DNA of 64,000 nucleotides from Myxococcota bacterium (lineage in GTDB: Bacteria; Myxococcota_A; SURF-8). Below, piece by piece: positions 31,345 through 41,076 of this stretch; within the stretch, counting starts at the first letter, position 1; each line of letters starts with the position of its first letter. The position numbers were made by a program, and so were the translations under genes. The DNA is taken from contig OZ223209.1 in the NCBI GenBank assembly GCA_965140415.1, positions 4,224,001 to 4,288,000 of the forward strand, in the 5' to 3' direction. Under the pieces are notes generated by a model. It had not been told where the DNA came from and did not search any database. It was given only the letters and a program-made list of their open reading frames with translations.

Positions 31345-31639
31345 GTATCTTTCCTCCTACTAAAATCACGCAGAAATCTTCCGCGAATTCACACATAAAA
31401 TCTTTGGCAGCATACCCAAGCAAACACGATCTGTCCATTACATATATGTAAATAAACGCAGAGTAGACAACTGGATTCCGAATCCCGTGATTTTCCCGTT
31501 GGAGCCGAGTTCCCGTCCTGCTCCTTGTGTTTGTCTTGTGCAATCACGCTAACCGACTATTCGCTCTTGACGCCCACTCGCGCACATGTCAGGATACAAG
31601 TCACACAATTAACTAACCGCAACGAAGACGGACAAAGAA

Positions 31640-32920
31640 ATGCGAGTTAAATACGATATCCTTTTGATTTTCCTGCTTTTATTGCTCCCTATGACCGCCT
31701 TTGCGCAAACGGAGCAACCTGCACGGCAAAGCACCTCTGCCCTGCATGTACCGGACAACGACGTCTACCTGATTACACCGGAATTGTTCTCGATTCTCAG
31801 CCGGTATCGTGCGGGAGAAGCCTTCGAACCGCTGGGTGAAATCGAACAGGCGTTAAACAAGCGCGCCTATCTGCCGTCCCTGCATTTCTGGGCGGGCATG
31901 CGCGCCTTGGCGCTGGCATCGGCTCACCGGGATACGGACGCCTATGACGAAGCGGTGCAGCAGCACTTCAATCAATGTATCGAACGGGCCGAACGAGCGG
32001 CCACGATCGATAAATTCCACGTCGCCGGTTTGTTTTACGAGGGACTGTGTCACGCCAGTCTGGGCATGTACCAGGCCATGAGAGACAATGTCATCCAGGC
32101 AGGATTGAGCGGGCGGACGGCGATAAAGCGCTTTTTCGAGGTTCTGGAGTTGCGACCCGACCTGCATGGTGCGCTGTTGATGATCGGTGCTTATAACTAC
32201 TACACAGCAAATCTGGGAACGCTGGGGCGGATCCTGTTAGGCATTCTCGGCTTGCCCAAAGGCGATCGTGAAACCGGCCTGAAGCAGATGAGACAGGCGG
32301 CACAGACCGGCAGTCCAGTGGATGTACTGGGCAAAATGATGTTGGCCTCCGCGCTGGTTCACCGAGAAAAGAAGCCGGAAGAAGGCTTGGCGTTGATGCA
32401 GGAAGTCGTGCAATTGATACCCAACAGTGTGGAAGCCTACATGCAACTGGCCGATCTCGCGCTGATGTCGGGTCGCCTGGAAATGGCCGATCAAGCGATA
32501 CAGCAGGCAAGAGAACATCAACCGCCCAAAGAAGTCCGAAATTCCCTGGCGGATTTCAGACAGCAGGACCATCGTCTGGCGTTAACGGAAGCCATGATCG
32601 GCATTCTGGTTCAGCATAACCCGGATGGACTGCACACCCTGAACCGATATCGAACCGAATTGCCCAAGGGTGCGCCTCCGTTTTTGAAATTGTTTTCTGC
32701 GGTTCGCCTTGGGCACATATACAAGCTGGCAGATGAGATGACCACCGCCAATCGCCTGTATCGCTGGGCATATGACGAAGATGGGCCGAATTCGATTCGT
32801 GACCAGGCGCAACGTTACCTGGATGGCGAGGAAGATATTCGCAAACGAATTCAACTGGATGAAGAAACCAGGGACTCCCTGAAGCAGTGGCTGATCACGC
32901 AGCCTTCACCGTTTGAATGA
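31640..32920 (+). CDS. Exported TPR-like helical protein
   Basis: Signal peptide ending TAFA; helical repeats; GAYNYY...GDRETGL pattern. Confidence 0.65.
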   Translation: MRVKYDILLIFLLLLLPMTAFAQTEQPARQSTSALHVPDNDVYLITPELFSILSRYRAGEAFEPLGEIEQALNKRAYLPSLHFWAGMRALALASAHRDTDAYDEAVQQHFNQCIERAERAATIDKFHVAGLFYEGLCHASLGMYQAMRDNVIQAGLSGRTAIKRFFEVLELRPDLHGALLMIGAYNYYTANLGTLGRILLGILGLPKGDRETGLKQMRQAAQTGSPVDVLGKMMLASALVHREKKPEEGLALMQEVVQLIPNSVEAYMQLADLALMSGRLEMADQAIQQAREHQPPKEVRNSLADFRQQDHRLALTEAMIGILVQHNPDGLHTLNRYRTELPKGAPPFLKLFSAVRLGHIYKLADEMTTANRLYRWAYDEDGPNSIRDQAQRYLDGEEDIRKRIQLDEETRDSLKQWLITQPSPFE

Positions 32921-32952
32921 GCGTCCCGAAGATTAGGTATCGAAGCCGGGAC

Positions 32953-34725
32953 TCAGTCGGAAAAATACGCGATCTGTGCGCGTTCGTAAAAGGCCGACCA
33001 ACTGCAATACATGAACGGAATAATGAACAATATCGCAAGGATACCGGAAACACCCATCCAAATCGGCGCTGCCACCGGAACCCCGGCATGACTTTGCAAT
33101 AACCAGCCAATCAACACTGCGCCGCCACCAAGCAATCCCAGTACAATCGAGCTTACGATTCCCAGCAAAATGTAGAAAATTACAAAAGAGAATTTTCGTC
33201 CCTGCATGATTCGCCAGCTTACCAGCAAGGCGGAAATGCCGGAATAGCTGGTATCCATTGCAACGAGAATGGCCTGTGAAAAACCGGTGAAAATCACGAT
33301 CTGAGTCAAACTGAATACACCGAAAACCAAGACATGATAGATCAGGTTGAAATGCTCCGCATATGCCTTGGCAACTCCGCTTTTCATCAAGAATACAACA
33401 ACCTTGTTTTCCTGTAATAACGGCAGGTAAACCAGAATCGCCGCTGACAGTGCAAATACAATCCCCATCACCAGTATAGTCACGGTAATTGAAACCACAC
33501 GCGGGAATGCGTTAAACAGATCGCTGATGCGCACCTTGTGCGAGCGCAACGCATGTAGCGTAGCGGAAAAGAAACCGGCTACAAGCAGAGTTTGAATCCA
33601 TAAAACCAATAGCGTAATCCCCCCGGAGACCAGCAGTTCTTTCGGCCAGCTTCTGGGATCGACCGACATCGAGGGTGGAACCGAATTCGAAATCGAAGTC
33701 GGCTTCACGAAAGCCGCCAAAGCAGCCAAAAGCCCGGTAAATAAGGCCAACATCAAAATCGTCGTCAATGTCAGCTTGGACCAGTTCGAGCGCAGGCTTT
33801 TCCATCCAAGGCGAAGGGCCCCCAGCGCCTGTCCGCCTTTCATCAAGTCCTCGACATACGCAGCATGCGCAACACGAGTATCCGGCACATTACGATTAAG
33901 AAACAAACCGGGCGCGGCCTGCTCGGAATCTTCGGATAATTCAACCCGTCGGGCGGTTTCCAATTCCAGCGAAGGCAAGTTGGAGTCCGCAGGCGAGCTT
34001 CCCGCCGGATACGCATAGGCTACGGCAGCAGGCGGAGCCGTCTCACTTGATTCTTCTTCTTGCTGCGGCGTTTGCATCTCCGTAGAAGGGGAAAGCTCCA
34101 AAGGAGGCAGTTCGCCCGGATCACTCAACTGCACCGCTTCGTTCGGCTCGTTCGGCTCGTTCGGTTCAACTAGTTCGACTGGTTCGACCGCTTCGCCCTG
34201 CCCTTCCAGTTCATCAGGCTTAGCCTGTTCCGGTTCTGTATTCCGGTCTAAATCCACAACCTCTTCAAAGCTCGGAACCAGTTGGGGCTGCTTGTCGGAA
34301 GTTTCAACAGGCAGTCTTTCTTCCGGCTGCAATAGACCTTCCCAGGCCGTGTTTTTCGCCAGAGGAAGCAGGCGTTTTTTTATGGCATCGGAAATAGAAA
34401 CGTGGCCGTCCGTTTCGACGGCAATGGAGCGGCTGAATCGATCTTCTGAAGAATATTCTTCCTTGCGGACAAAGCGTTTTTCCACACTGGCCAGCAGCGG
34501 GTCAGTTGAAGCTTTGATCGTTCGATAGGCATTTTGCAGTGCGGCTTGCGTTTCGGTTTGTACGAGCAGACAGAGCGAACCGTCTTGCAGTTTGCCGTGC
34601 TGTAAGCGGAAAACTCCCAGATCATCCGGCGCGAAACTTCGGAAAACCAAGCTGTAAATGGCTTGGCCGGCGGATTTGGGTTTTATCGCTGCACTATCAA
34701 AACGAATCCCCAGGCGATAGGGCAT
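32953..34725 (-). CDS. Hypothetical membrane protein (soluble N-domain, acidic linker, about 5 C-terminal TM helices)
   Basis: 590-aa ORF behind an AAGGAG RBS; E/P-rich linker with NEP repeats; hydrophobic C-terminal third. Confidence 0.65.
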   Translation of the reverse strand: MPYRLGIRFDSAAIKPKSAGQAIYSLVFRSFAPDDLGVFRLQHGKLQDGSLCLLVQTETQAALQNAYRTIKASTDPLLASVEKRFVRKEEYSSEDRFSRSIAVETDGHVSISDAIKKRLLPLAKNTAWEGLLQPEERLPVETSDKQPQLVPSFEEVVDLDRNTEPEQAKPDELEGQGEAVEPVELVEPNEPNEPNEAVQLSDPGELPPLELSPSTEMQTPQQEEESSETAPPAAVAYAYPAGSSPADSNLPSLELETARRVELSEDSEQAAPGLFLNRNVPDTRVAHAAYVEDLMKGGQALGALRLGWKSLRSNWSKLTLTTILMLALFTGLLAALAAFVKPTSISNSVPPSMSVDPRSWPKELLVSGGITLLVLWIQTLLVAGFFSATLHALRSHKVRISDLFNAFPRVVSITVTILVMGIVFALSAAILVYLPLLQENKVVVFLMKSGVAKAYAEHFNLIYHVLVFGVFSLTQIVIFTGFSQAILVAMDTSYSGISALLVSWRIMQGRKFSFVIFYILLGIVSSIVLGLLGGGAVLIGWLLQSHAGVPVAAPIWMGVSGILAILFIIPFMYCSWSAFYERAQIAYFSD

Positions 34726-34836
34726 CTGTCGCTCCTTAACCAGATCTGTAGAAGTTTCTTCGAATCCGGATGATCGTCAATCACACTGTAGCAAATGCAA
34801 CGGTAAAACGGAACAGAAAGAAACAATCGCATAACT

Positions 34837-34867
34837 AAAACGCCCCCGACCAATCAGGCCGGGGGCG
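34837..34867 (-). terminator. Intrinsic terminator of fadN-fadA
   Basis: CGCCCCCG...CGGGGGCG stem followed by TTTT on the minus strand. Confidence 0.7.
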
Positions 34868-34900
34868 AATGTCATTCATGTGAATGAACGAACTTAGGCA

Positions 34901-36082
<1,182 letters not shown>

Positions 36083-36137
36083 AATATTCACTCCTTTAAT
36101 AAAGGTTTGTTATTTGGTTGCTATTCGTAACGCCGTC

Positions 36138-38525
36138 TTAGTTACGCAGCGGACGTCCGGTGGTCAGCAGCGACTGCATACGCTCGATGGCTTTCTGCTC
36201 GCCAACCAGACTCATGAACGCTTCGCGTTCCAGATCCAACAGATGCTGCTCGGTTACCGCCGTGTTGGGTTCGATGTCGCCACCGCACAGCACGTTGGCC
36301 AGCTTCGTCGCGATCTTGACTTCGAATTCGGTCACGTAGCCGCCCTGTACCATGTTGTACAGACCCGTCTGGAAAGTAGCCTTACCCGGCTTGCCCGGCA
36401 GGATCAGGTAATCCGGCATTTCGGGAGCGCGGTAGCCGCCCAGGTACATGCCCTTGGCCAAGCGCTTGGCTTCCCAGATCTGCTCGTCGCGGTTCATGAC
36501 GATACGGTCACTGGCGCGCAGCACCTTGGTGTCCTTAGCCATTGCAGCCGATAAGCTGACGTTCGCCATGGCGATCTGCTCGAAGACACGCTGCACGATC
36601 GGGAAACGATCGATCTTCATGTCCGCCGGGATGTTTTCCAGGTAGTGGATCAACAGGTTCTTGTTACCCGCGCCGCCAGGAATCAGGCCCGCGCCCAATT
36701 CGACCAGACCGGCGTACAGTTCGCAGTGCGAAACAACCGCGTCACCGGAGAGGATGACTTCGCAGCCACCGCCCAGCGCCATGCCGTGAGGAGCAATGAC
36801 GACCGGCTTCGGACAATAACGCATACGCATCGAACCCTGCTGCAAACCGGTGACCGCTTCTTCGATCATGTCGAACTGGCCGCCCATGGCGCCCATCATG
36901 ATCATGGCCAGGTTCGCGCCGACGGAGAAGTTCTCGCCTTCGTTGGCGATTACCAGACCGGCCCAATCGTCCGAGGATTCCACCAGGTCGCAACCTTCGT
37001 GGATCATCTGAATGATTTCGCCGTCGATGGCGTTCATTTTGCAATGGAATTCGACCAGCGCCACGCCGTCGCCGATATCATGCAACGAAGCGGAAGAGTT
37101 GGTCTTCAAAGCCTGTTTGTGGGTTTTGTGCAGCGTCAGGCTGAAGTTTTCGGGTTTGGTCGGAACCGGCTGATAGGCTTCGGTCTTCACATCCCAGAAA
37201 TATTTCTTGCCTTCACGCACCACATACCAGCTACCTTCGGATTTGGCAACCATGGTGTCCACGGTAGCCGGAACGGCCAGACCGTCGGCTTTCATGCGTT
37301 CCACGGATTCTTTCACGCCGATGGCATCCCATACTTCGAAGGGACCCATTTCCCAGGCATAGCCCCACTTCATACCGTTGTCGATGTTGACGACGTCTTC
37401 GCAGATTTCACCGATCCGGTTCACGGCGTAGATGGCGCCGCGAGAGAGCAGCTTCCATGCGAATTTACCGAATTTGTCATCGGTGTTGACCAGCTGCTTG
37501 ATGCGCAGGCCGGGATCGTCGGTGTTTTTGGCGATCTTCAGGCAATCGGCCTTGACCTTCTCCAAGGGTTTGTATTCCTTGGTTTTCCAGTCCATGACCA
37601 TCTTCTGCTTGCCTTCTCTTTTGTAGAAGCCGGCTTTGGTCTTGTTGCCCAGCAGGTTGTTGTCGAGCATTTTCTGCAAATAATCGGGGATCACCAGCTG
37701 ATCGCGCGCTTCGTCGTTGGGCAGCGCTTCGTAGCTGTTGGTGATGATGTGGCCGATGGTGTCCAGACCAACCAAATCAGCGGTCTTGAAGGTCGGCATT
37801 TTGTGAGCCATCGCGGAACCGGTGACGGCATCGACTTCTTCGATCGTCAGATCGTCTTCGACCATGGCGGACAGAACGCCCATCATCGAACCCACACCGA
37901 TGCGGTTACCGACGAAGTTCGGGGTGTCCAGACCGTACACGATGCCCTTGCCCAGTTTGCTTTCACCGAAATCGGCCATCAGTTTGATGACTGCGGGATC
38001 GGTCTTTTCGCCCGGAACCAGTTCCAACAGGCGCATGTAACGAACCGGGTTGAAGAAGTGAGTGACCAGGAAGTTCTTCTGGAAGTCTTCCGGGTAGCCT
38101 TCGACCATCGTGTTGATGGCGATACCCGAGGTGTTACTGGAAACGATGGTTCCCGGCTTGACCACTTTGACCAGTTTGTCGAACAGGCTGCGCTTGATGT
38201 CCAGCTGTTCCAACACGACTTCGACGACCCAATCGCACTCGGCGACTTTGTCCAGGTCATCCTCGATGTTTCCGACTTCGATCAAGCTCGCACGTCGCTT
38301 GTTCATCAAGGGCTGAATCTGGCCCTTCTGCTTGATCATCTTGGTGACCGCGCCAGCAGCGAAAGAATTTCGCTTGGCTTTGTTTTTTTTCTCCTCATCG
38401 GAGAGGTTGGGTGGAACGATGTCCAGCAGGATGCTGGGAATGCCCGCGTTCGCGAGCTGAGCCGCAATCCCGCTGCCCATTATTCCGGCTCCCACAACTG
38501 CCACTTTCTTGATTTCTCTCGCCAT
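36138..38525 (-). CDS. fadN: 3-hydroxyacyl-CoA dehydrogenase/enoyl-CoA hydratase fusion (FadN type)
   Basis: GAGIMGSGIA, SSNTSG, HFFNPVRYM, then crotonase NFSVGANL and ALGGGCE; ends TGRPLRN. Confidence 0.9.
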   Translation of the reverse strand: MAREIKKVAVVGAGIMGSGIAAQLANAGIPSILLDIVPPNLSDEEKKNKAKRNSFAAGAVTKMIKQKGQIQPLMNKRRASLIEVGNIEDDLDKVAECDWVVEVVLEQLDIKRSLFDKLVKVVKPGTIVSSNTSGIAINTMVEGYPEDFQKNFLVTHFFNPVRYMRLLELVPGEKTDPAVIKLMADFGESKLGKGIVYGLDTPNFVGNRIGVGSMMGVLSAMVEDDLTIEEVDAVTGSAMAHKMPTFKTADLVGLDTIGHIITNSYEALPNDEARDQLVIPDYLQKMLDNNLLGNKTKAGFYKREGKQKMVMDWKTKEYKPLEKVKADCLKIAKNTDDPGLRIKQLVNTDDKFGKFAWKLLSRGAIYAVNRIGEICEDVVNIDNGMKWGYAWEMGPFEVWDAIGVKESVERMKADGLAVPATVDTMVAKSEGSWYVVREGKKYFWDVKTEAYQPVPTKPENFSLTLHKTHKQALKTNSSASLHDIGDGVALVEFHCKMNAIDGEIIQMIHEGCDLVESSDDWAGLVIANEGENFSVGANLAMIMMGAMGGQFDMIEEAVTGLQQGSMRMRYCPKPVVIAPHGMALGGGCEVILSGDAVVSHCELYAGLVELGAGLIPGGAGNKNLLIHYLENIPADMKIDRFPIVQRVFEQIAMANVSLSAAMAKDTKVLRASDRIVMNRDEQIWEAKRLAKGMYLGGYRAPEMPDYLILPGKPGKATFQTGLYNMVQGGYVTEFEVKIATKLANVLCGGDIEPNTAVTEQHLLDLEREAFMSLVGEQKAIERMQSLLTTGRPLRN

Positions 38526-38652
38526 TAATTCCTCCGTCTTAGTTAAGCCTCAAAAAATTTCCGACTTTGCTTGAAACAAAATGGAACCGGAGTCAAAAAA
38601 AGAAGAACTTCACCTGTTGGCTTGATGAAGTTCGTCAACTCTCGCCAGCTAA

Positions 38653-38709
38653 TGAATGACGGTTCATTCACGATAAAAGAAATCATACCCCATCCATACG
38701 CCCTGTCAA
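38653..38709 (-). promoter_or_regulatory. sigma-70 promoter and TetR-type (FadR/YsiA-like) operator of fadN-fadA
   Basis: Minus strand TTGACA-N16-TATGAT (38709-38682). Palindrome TGAATGA-CGGT-TCATTCA at 38653-38670, just downstream. Confidence 0.75.
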
Positions 38710-38943
38710 GGCAAAAAATAATAAGGAATTGCCACTTCCTACCATATGTTGGGGTCTCTGCTCTAAATAGCGCCTATCAATCTTGCCTAGATATGCCATA
38801 ACCGATTGTTTTCTTTACAATATAAGCTGAATGAGCTATCTCTGGGAAAGGTATCGATCCTCTTAACGCGCTGCGAAATTGTCAGGATCATTGACCCGAT
38901 CTCGGCTTGCTGATAGCGTTATCATATAAGGATGTGACCTGAA

Positions 38944-41076
38944 ATGAACCACGCAGTAGCTATACATGTAATGTTTCAACAGAATGCCCGCGAGCTATCG
39001 TTCGCATTTACCGGCAATGAGCAACGCGATGCGTCACCTTGGAAGCAGTTTGTCAGCACAATACAAGGTAATCCACAAGCCGAACTGACGATTGAACTCT
39101 CCGCCGAACCGACTGGCTTCCCGGCAACGGTCAAACTTCTTCGCCGCCTTAAAAGCCTGGTAGATGAGCGGCTGCACTGGAAGCTGAAGTGGCCAGATTC
39201 TCCCCTGCCCGCTTCGCTGAAAGCGAGTTATCAGCAGTTGTTCGAACTTTTCAGCCACGCCACCGTTTCGGCAAAAGGCAATGAAAAGCTGATCATCAAC
39301 ACAACCTATAAATGCAACAACCATTGCATCTTCTGCTCGATTGCGGACCGGGAAATCCGGCATGGCGATTTCGAACGCCAGAAACAGGCCATCGATCAGG
39401 CGCGGGAACGCGGGGTGCGTATGCTGGACATCGACGGCGGCGAGCCGACGCTCTATCCGCGTTTGTTCGACCTGCTCGACTACGCCCGGCAAGCCGGCAT
39501 GGAAACCTTGACCATCACCAGTAATGGCCGCCTGCTTTCGGATCCTGCACTTGTTGAAAAACTGGCCGCCTATCCGTTGAATCTGTTGATTTCCCTGCAC
39601 GGAGCCAATCCTCAGATTCATGAAAGCTTGACGACCCAGCCCGGCTCCTTCCGTCAAACCGTGCGCGGACTGATGAACGCCCGCAAACATTTTCCTGCTG
39701 TCGGAGTCAACACCACCGTCACGCGCGACAACCTGCACGAATTGCCTGCCATGGCAGCCCTGCTGATCAAGCTGGGAATCAAAACCTGGAACATCCAGTA
39801 CTACACTCCCTTCGGCGAGGTAGATCCAGCACTGGCGCCCGATCCTTACGAAGCCGGAGAAAAAATCAGCCAGGTCATTCAACAGGCAGGCGACCGCTTG
39901 AAAATTCTGGTGATCAACCTGCCCTTCTGCCTGCTCCCCGGCTACGAACGCTACGCATTGCAGGATTATTACAAGTCCGTGCGCCATATGCTTTTCGTCG
40001 ATGGCGAGGAAGTGAACTTGGCGGATTTCCTGGCCGAAGCGCGTTTCAAAAACGGCAAATGCGCCCACTGTCCCTACGATCCGGTCTGCAACGGCTTCTG
40101 GGATTTCGGCCCGCATCCAGACACGGGGCGTCCCTCCCGCATTCGTCTGCTCGACGTGCTGCCCGGCTATCCCTGCTCGGCAAAATGTATCTTCTGTGCC
40201 GTACCGGATGAGATGCTGGAGCAGCAACTGGATACGGAGCAGGTCAAAGCGGAGATTTCACGCGCCATGGCCTATGGTCCCCGCCTGATCCGCTTCGGCG
40301 GCGGAGAACCTACCGACCGCGAGGATCTTCCCGAGTTGCTGCGTTATGCCAAGTCCATGGAGCCGGAGCGGCTCTCCCTTCAAACGCACGGCTTCCGCCT
40401 GGCGGATTCCAGCTATTTGAACAGCCTGATCGACGCCGGTGTGGATCGCTTCAACATTTCGGTTCGCGGCGCAGATGAACAGACTCATGAGACGCTGACT
40501 GGCGTGCCCGGCTCCTTCGAGCAGCTTCGAACGGCCATCCGCAATGTCGCAAAAGCCACTGCCACTATCGAGTTGGAGCTGGATGCGATCCTGACCCAAC
40601 AGACAGTCGGCTCCTTAGGCGAGCAGGTCCGCTTTTTCCATTCGCTGGGCGCAAGACGCATGAATGTCTGGTTCGTCACGGCTCAAGGCAGAGCGCGCCT
40701 GCGTTGGAAGGAACTGGTTCCCAACATGACCGAAACCGCTCGCGCCGTCAGTGAAGCCGCACGTTTGGCAGAGACACTGGGTTTCGAGAGCTTCCGCTGC
40801 TACTACATCCCCTACTGCTTTTTCCCGGAAACGCCGGCGCTGGTCTGGCATCCGCTGGAGGAAAACGCCCTGGTCGTCACACCCACATCCCGCTTTACGC
40901 TGGATCGCGGCTCGCTCGATCTCGGCGTAAAAACGGCAGCCTGCGAGCGTTGCGCCATTTGCGACGACTGCTTCGGCATCGCGCCCAGTTACCTGGAGCA
41001 TTTCGGCTACAGTGAACTGCGTCCCTTCAGCGCACCGCCTCCCGGTTTTTCTCCGTTACGTAAAAAGAATGGTTAG
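38944..41076 (+). CDS. Tandem double radical SAM protein
   Basis: Two CxxxCxxC motifs (CNNHCIFC, CSAKCIFC), each with GGEPT and each followed by CxxCxxxxxCxG (CAHCPYDPVCNG, CERCAICDDCFG). Confidence 0.9.
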   Translation: MNHAVAIHVMFQQNARELSFAFTGNEQRDASPWKQFVSTIQGNPQAELTIELSAEPTGFPATVKLLRRLKSLVDERLHWKLKWPDSPLPASLKASYQQLFELFSHATVSAKGNEKLIINTTYKCNNHCIFCSIADREIRHGDFERQKQAIDQARERGVRMLDIDGGEPTLYPRLFDLLDYARQAGMETLTITSNGRLLSDPALVEKLAAYPLNLLISLHGANPQIHESLTTQPGSFRQTVRGLMNARKHFPAVGVNTTVTRDNLHELPAMAALLIKLGIKTWNIQYYTPFGEVDPALAPDPYEAGEKISQVIQQAGDRLKILVINLPFCLLPGYERYALQDYYKSVRHMLFVDGEEVNLADFLAEARFKNGKCAHCPYDPVCNGFWDFGPHPDTGRPSRIRLLDVLPGYPCSAKCIFCAVPDEMLEQQLDTEQVKAEISRAMAYGPRLIRFGGGEPTDREDLPELLRYAKSMEPERLSLQTHGFRLADSSYLNSLIDAGVDRFNISVRGADEQTHETLTGVPGSFEQLRTAIRNVAKATATIELELDAILTQQTVGSLGEQVRFFHSLGARRMNVWFVTAQGRARLRWKELVPNMTETARAVSEAARLAETLGFESFRCYYIPYCFFPETPALVWHPLEENALVVTPTSRFTLDRGSLDLGVKTAACERCAICDDCFGIAPSYLEHFGYSELRPFSAPPPGFSPLRKKNG

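Noticed and set aside
31438-31451. Palindrome TTACATATATGTAA upstream of the enoyl-CoA isomerase
   Set aside because: AT-rich single occurrence that cannot be assigned to a regulator.
34138-34167. 9-bp tandem repeat (NEP)n as a phase-variation site
   Set aside because: In-frame low-complexity linker; unit changes would not shift the frame.
38739-38800. NrdR-box-like CTACCATATGTTGGGG upstream of the double rSAM gene
   Set aside because: Only one partial match, no convincing tandem second box, and no ribonucleotide reductase context.
38530-38943. Search for a RiPP precursor peptide beside the double rSAM gene (76-aa ORF 38571-38801)
   Set aside because: The ORF overlaps the fadN promoter and operator and has no leader/core pattern.
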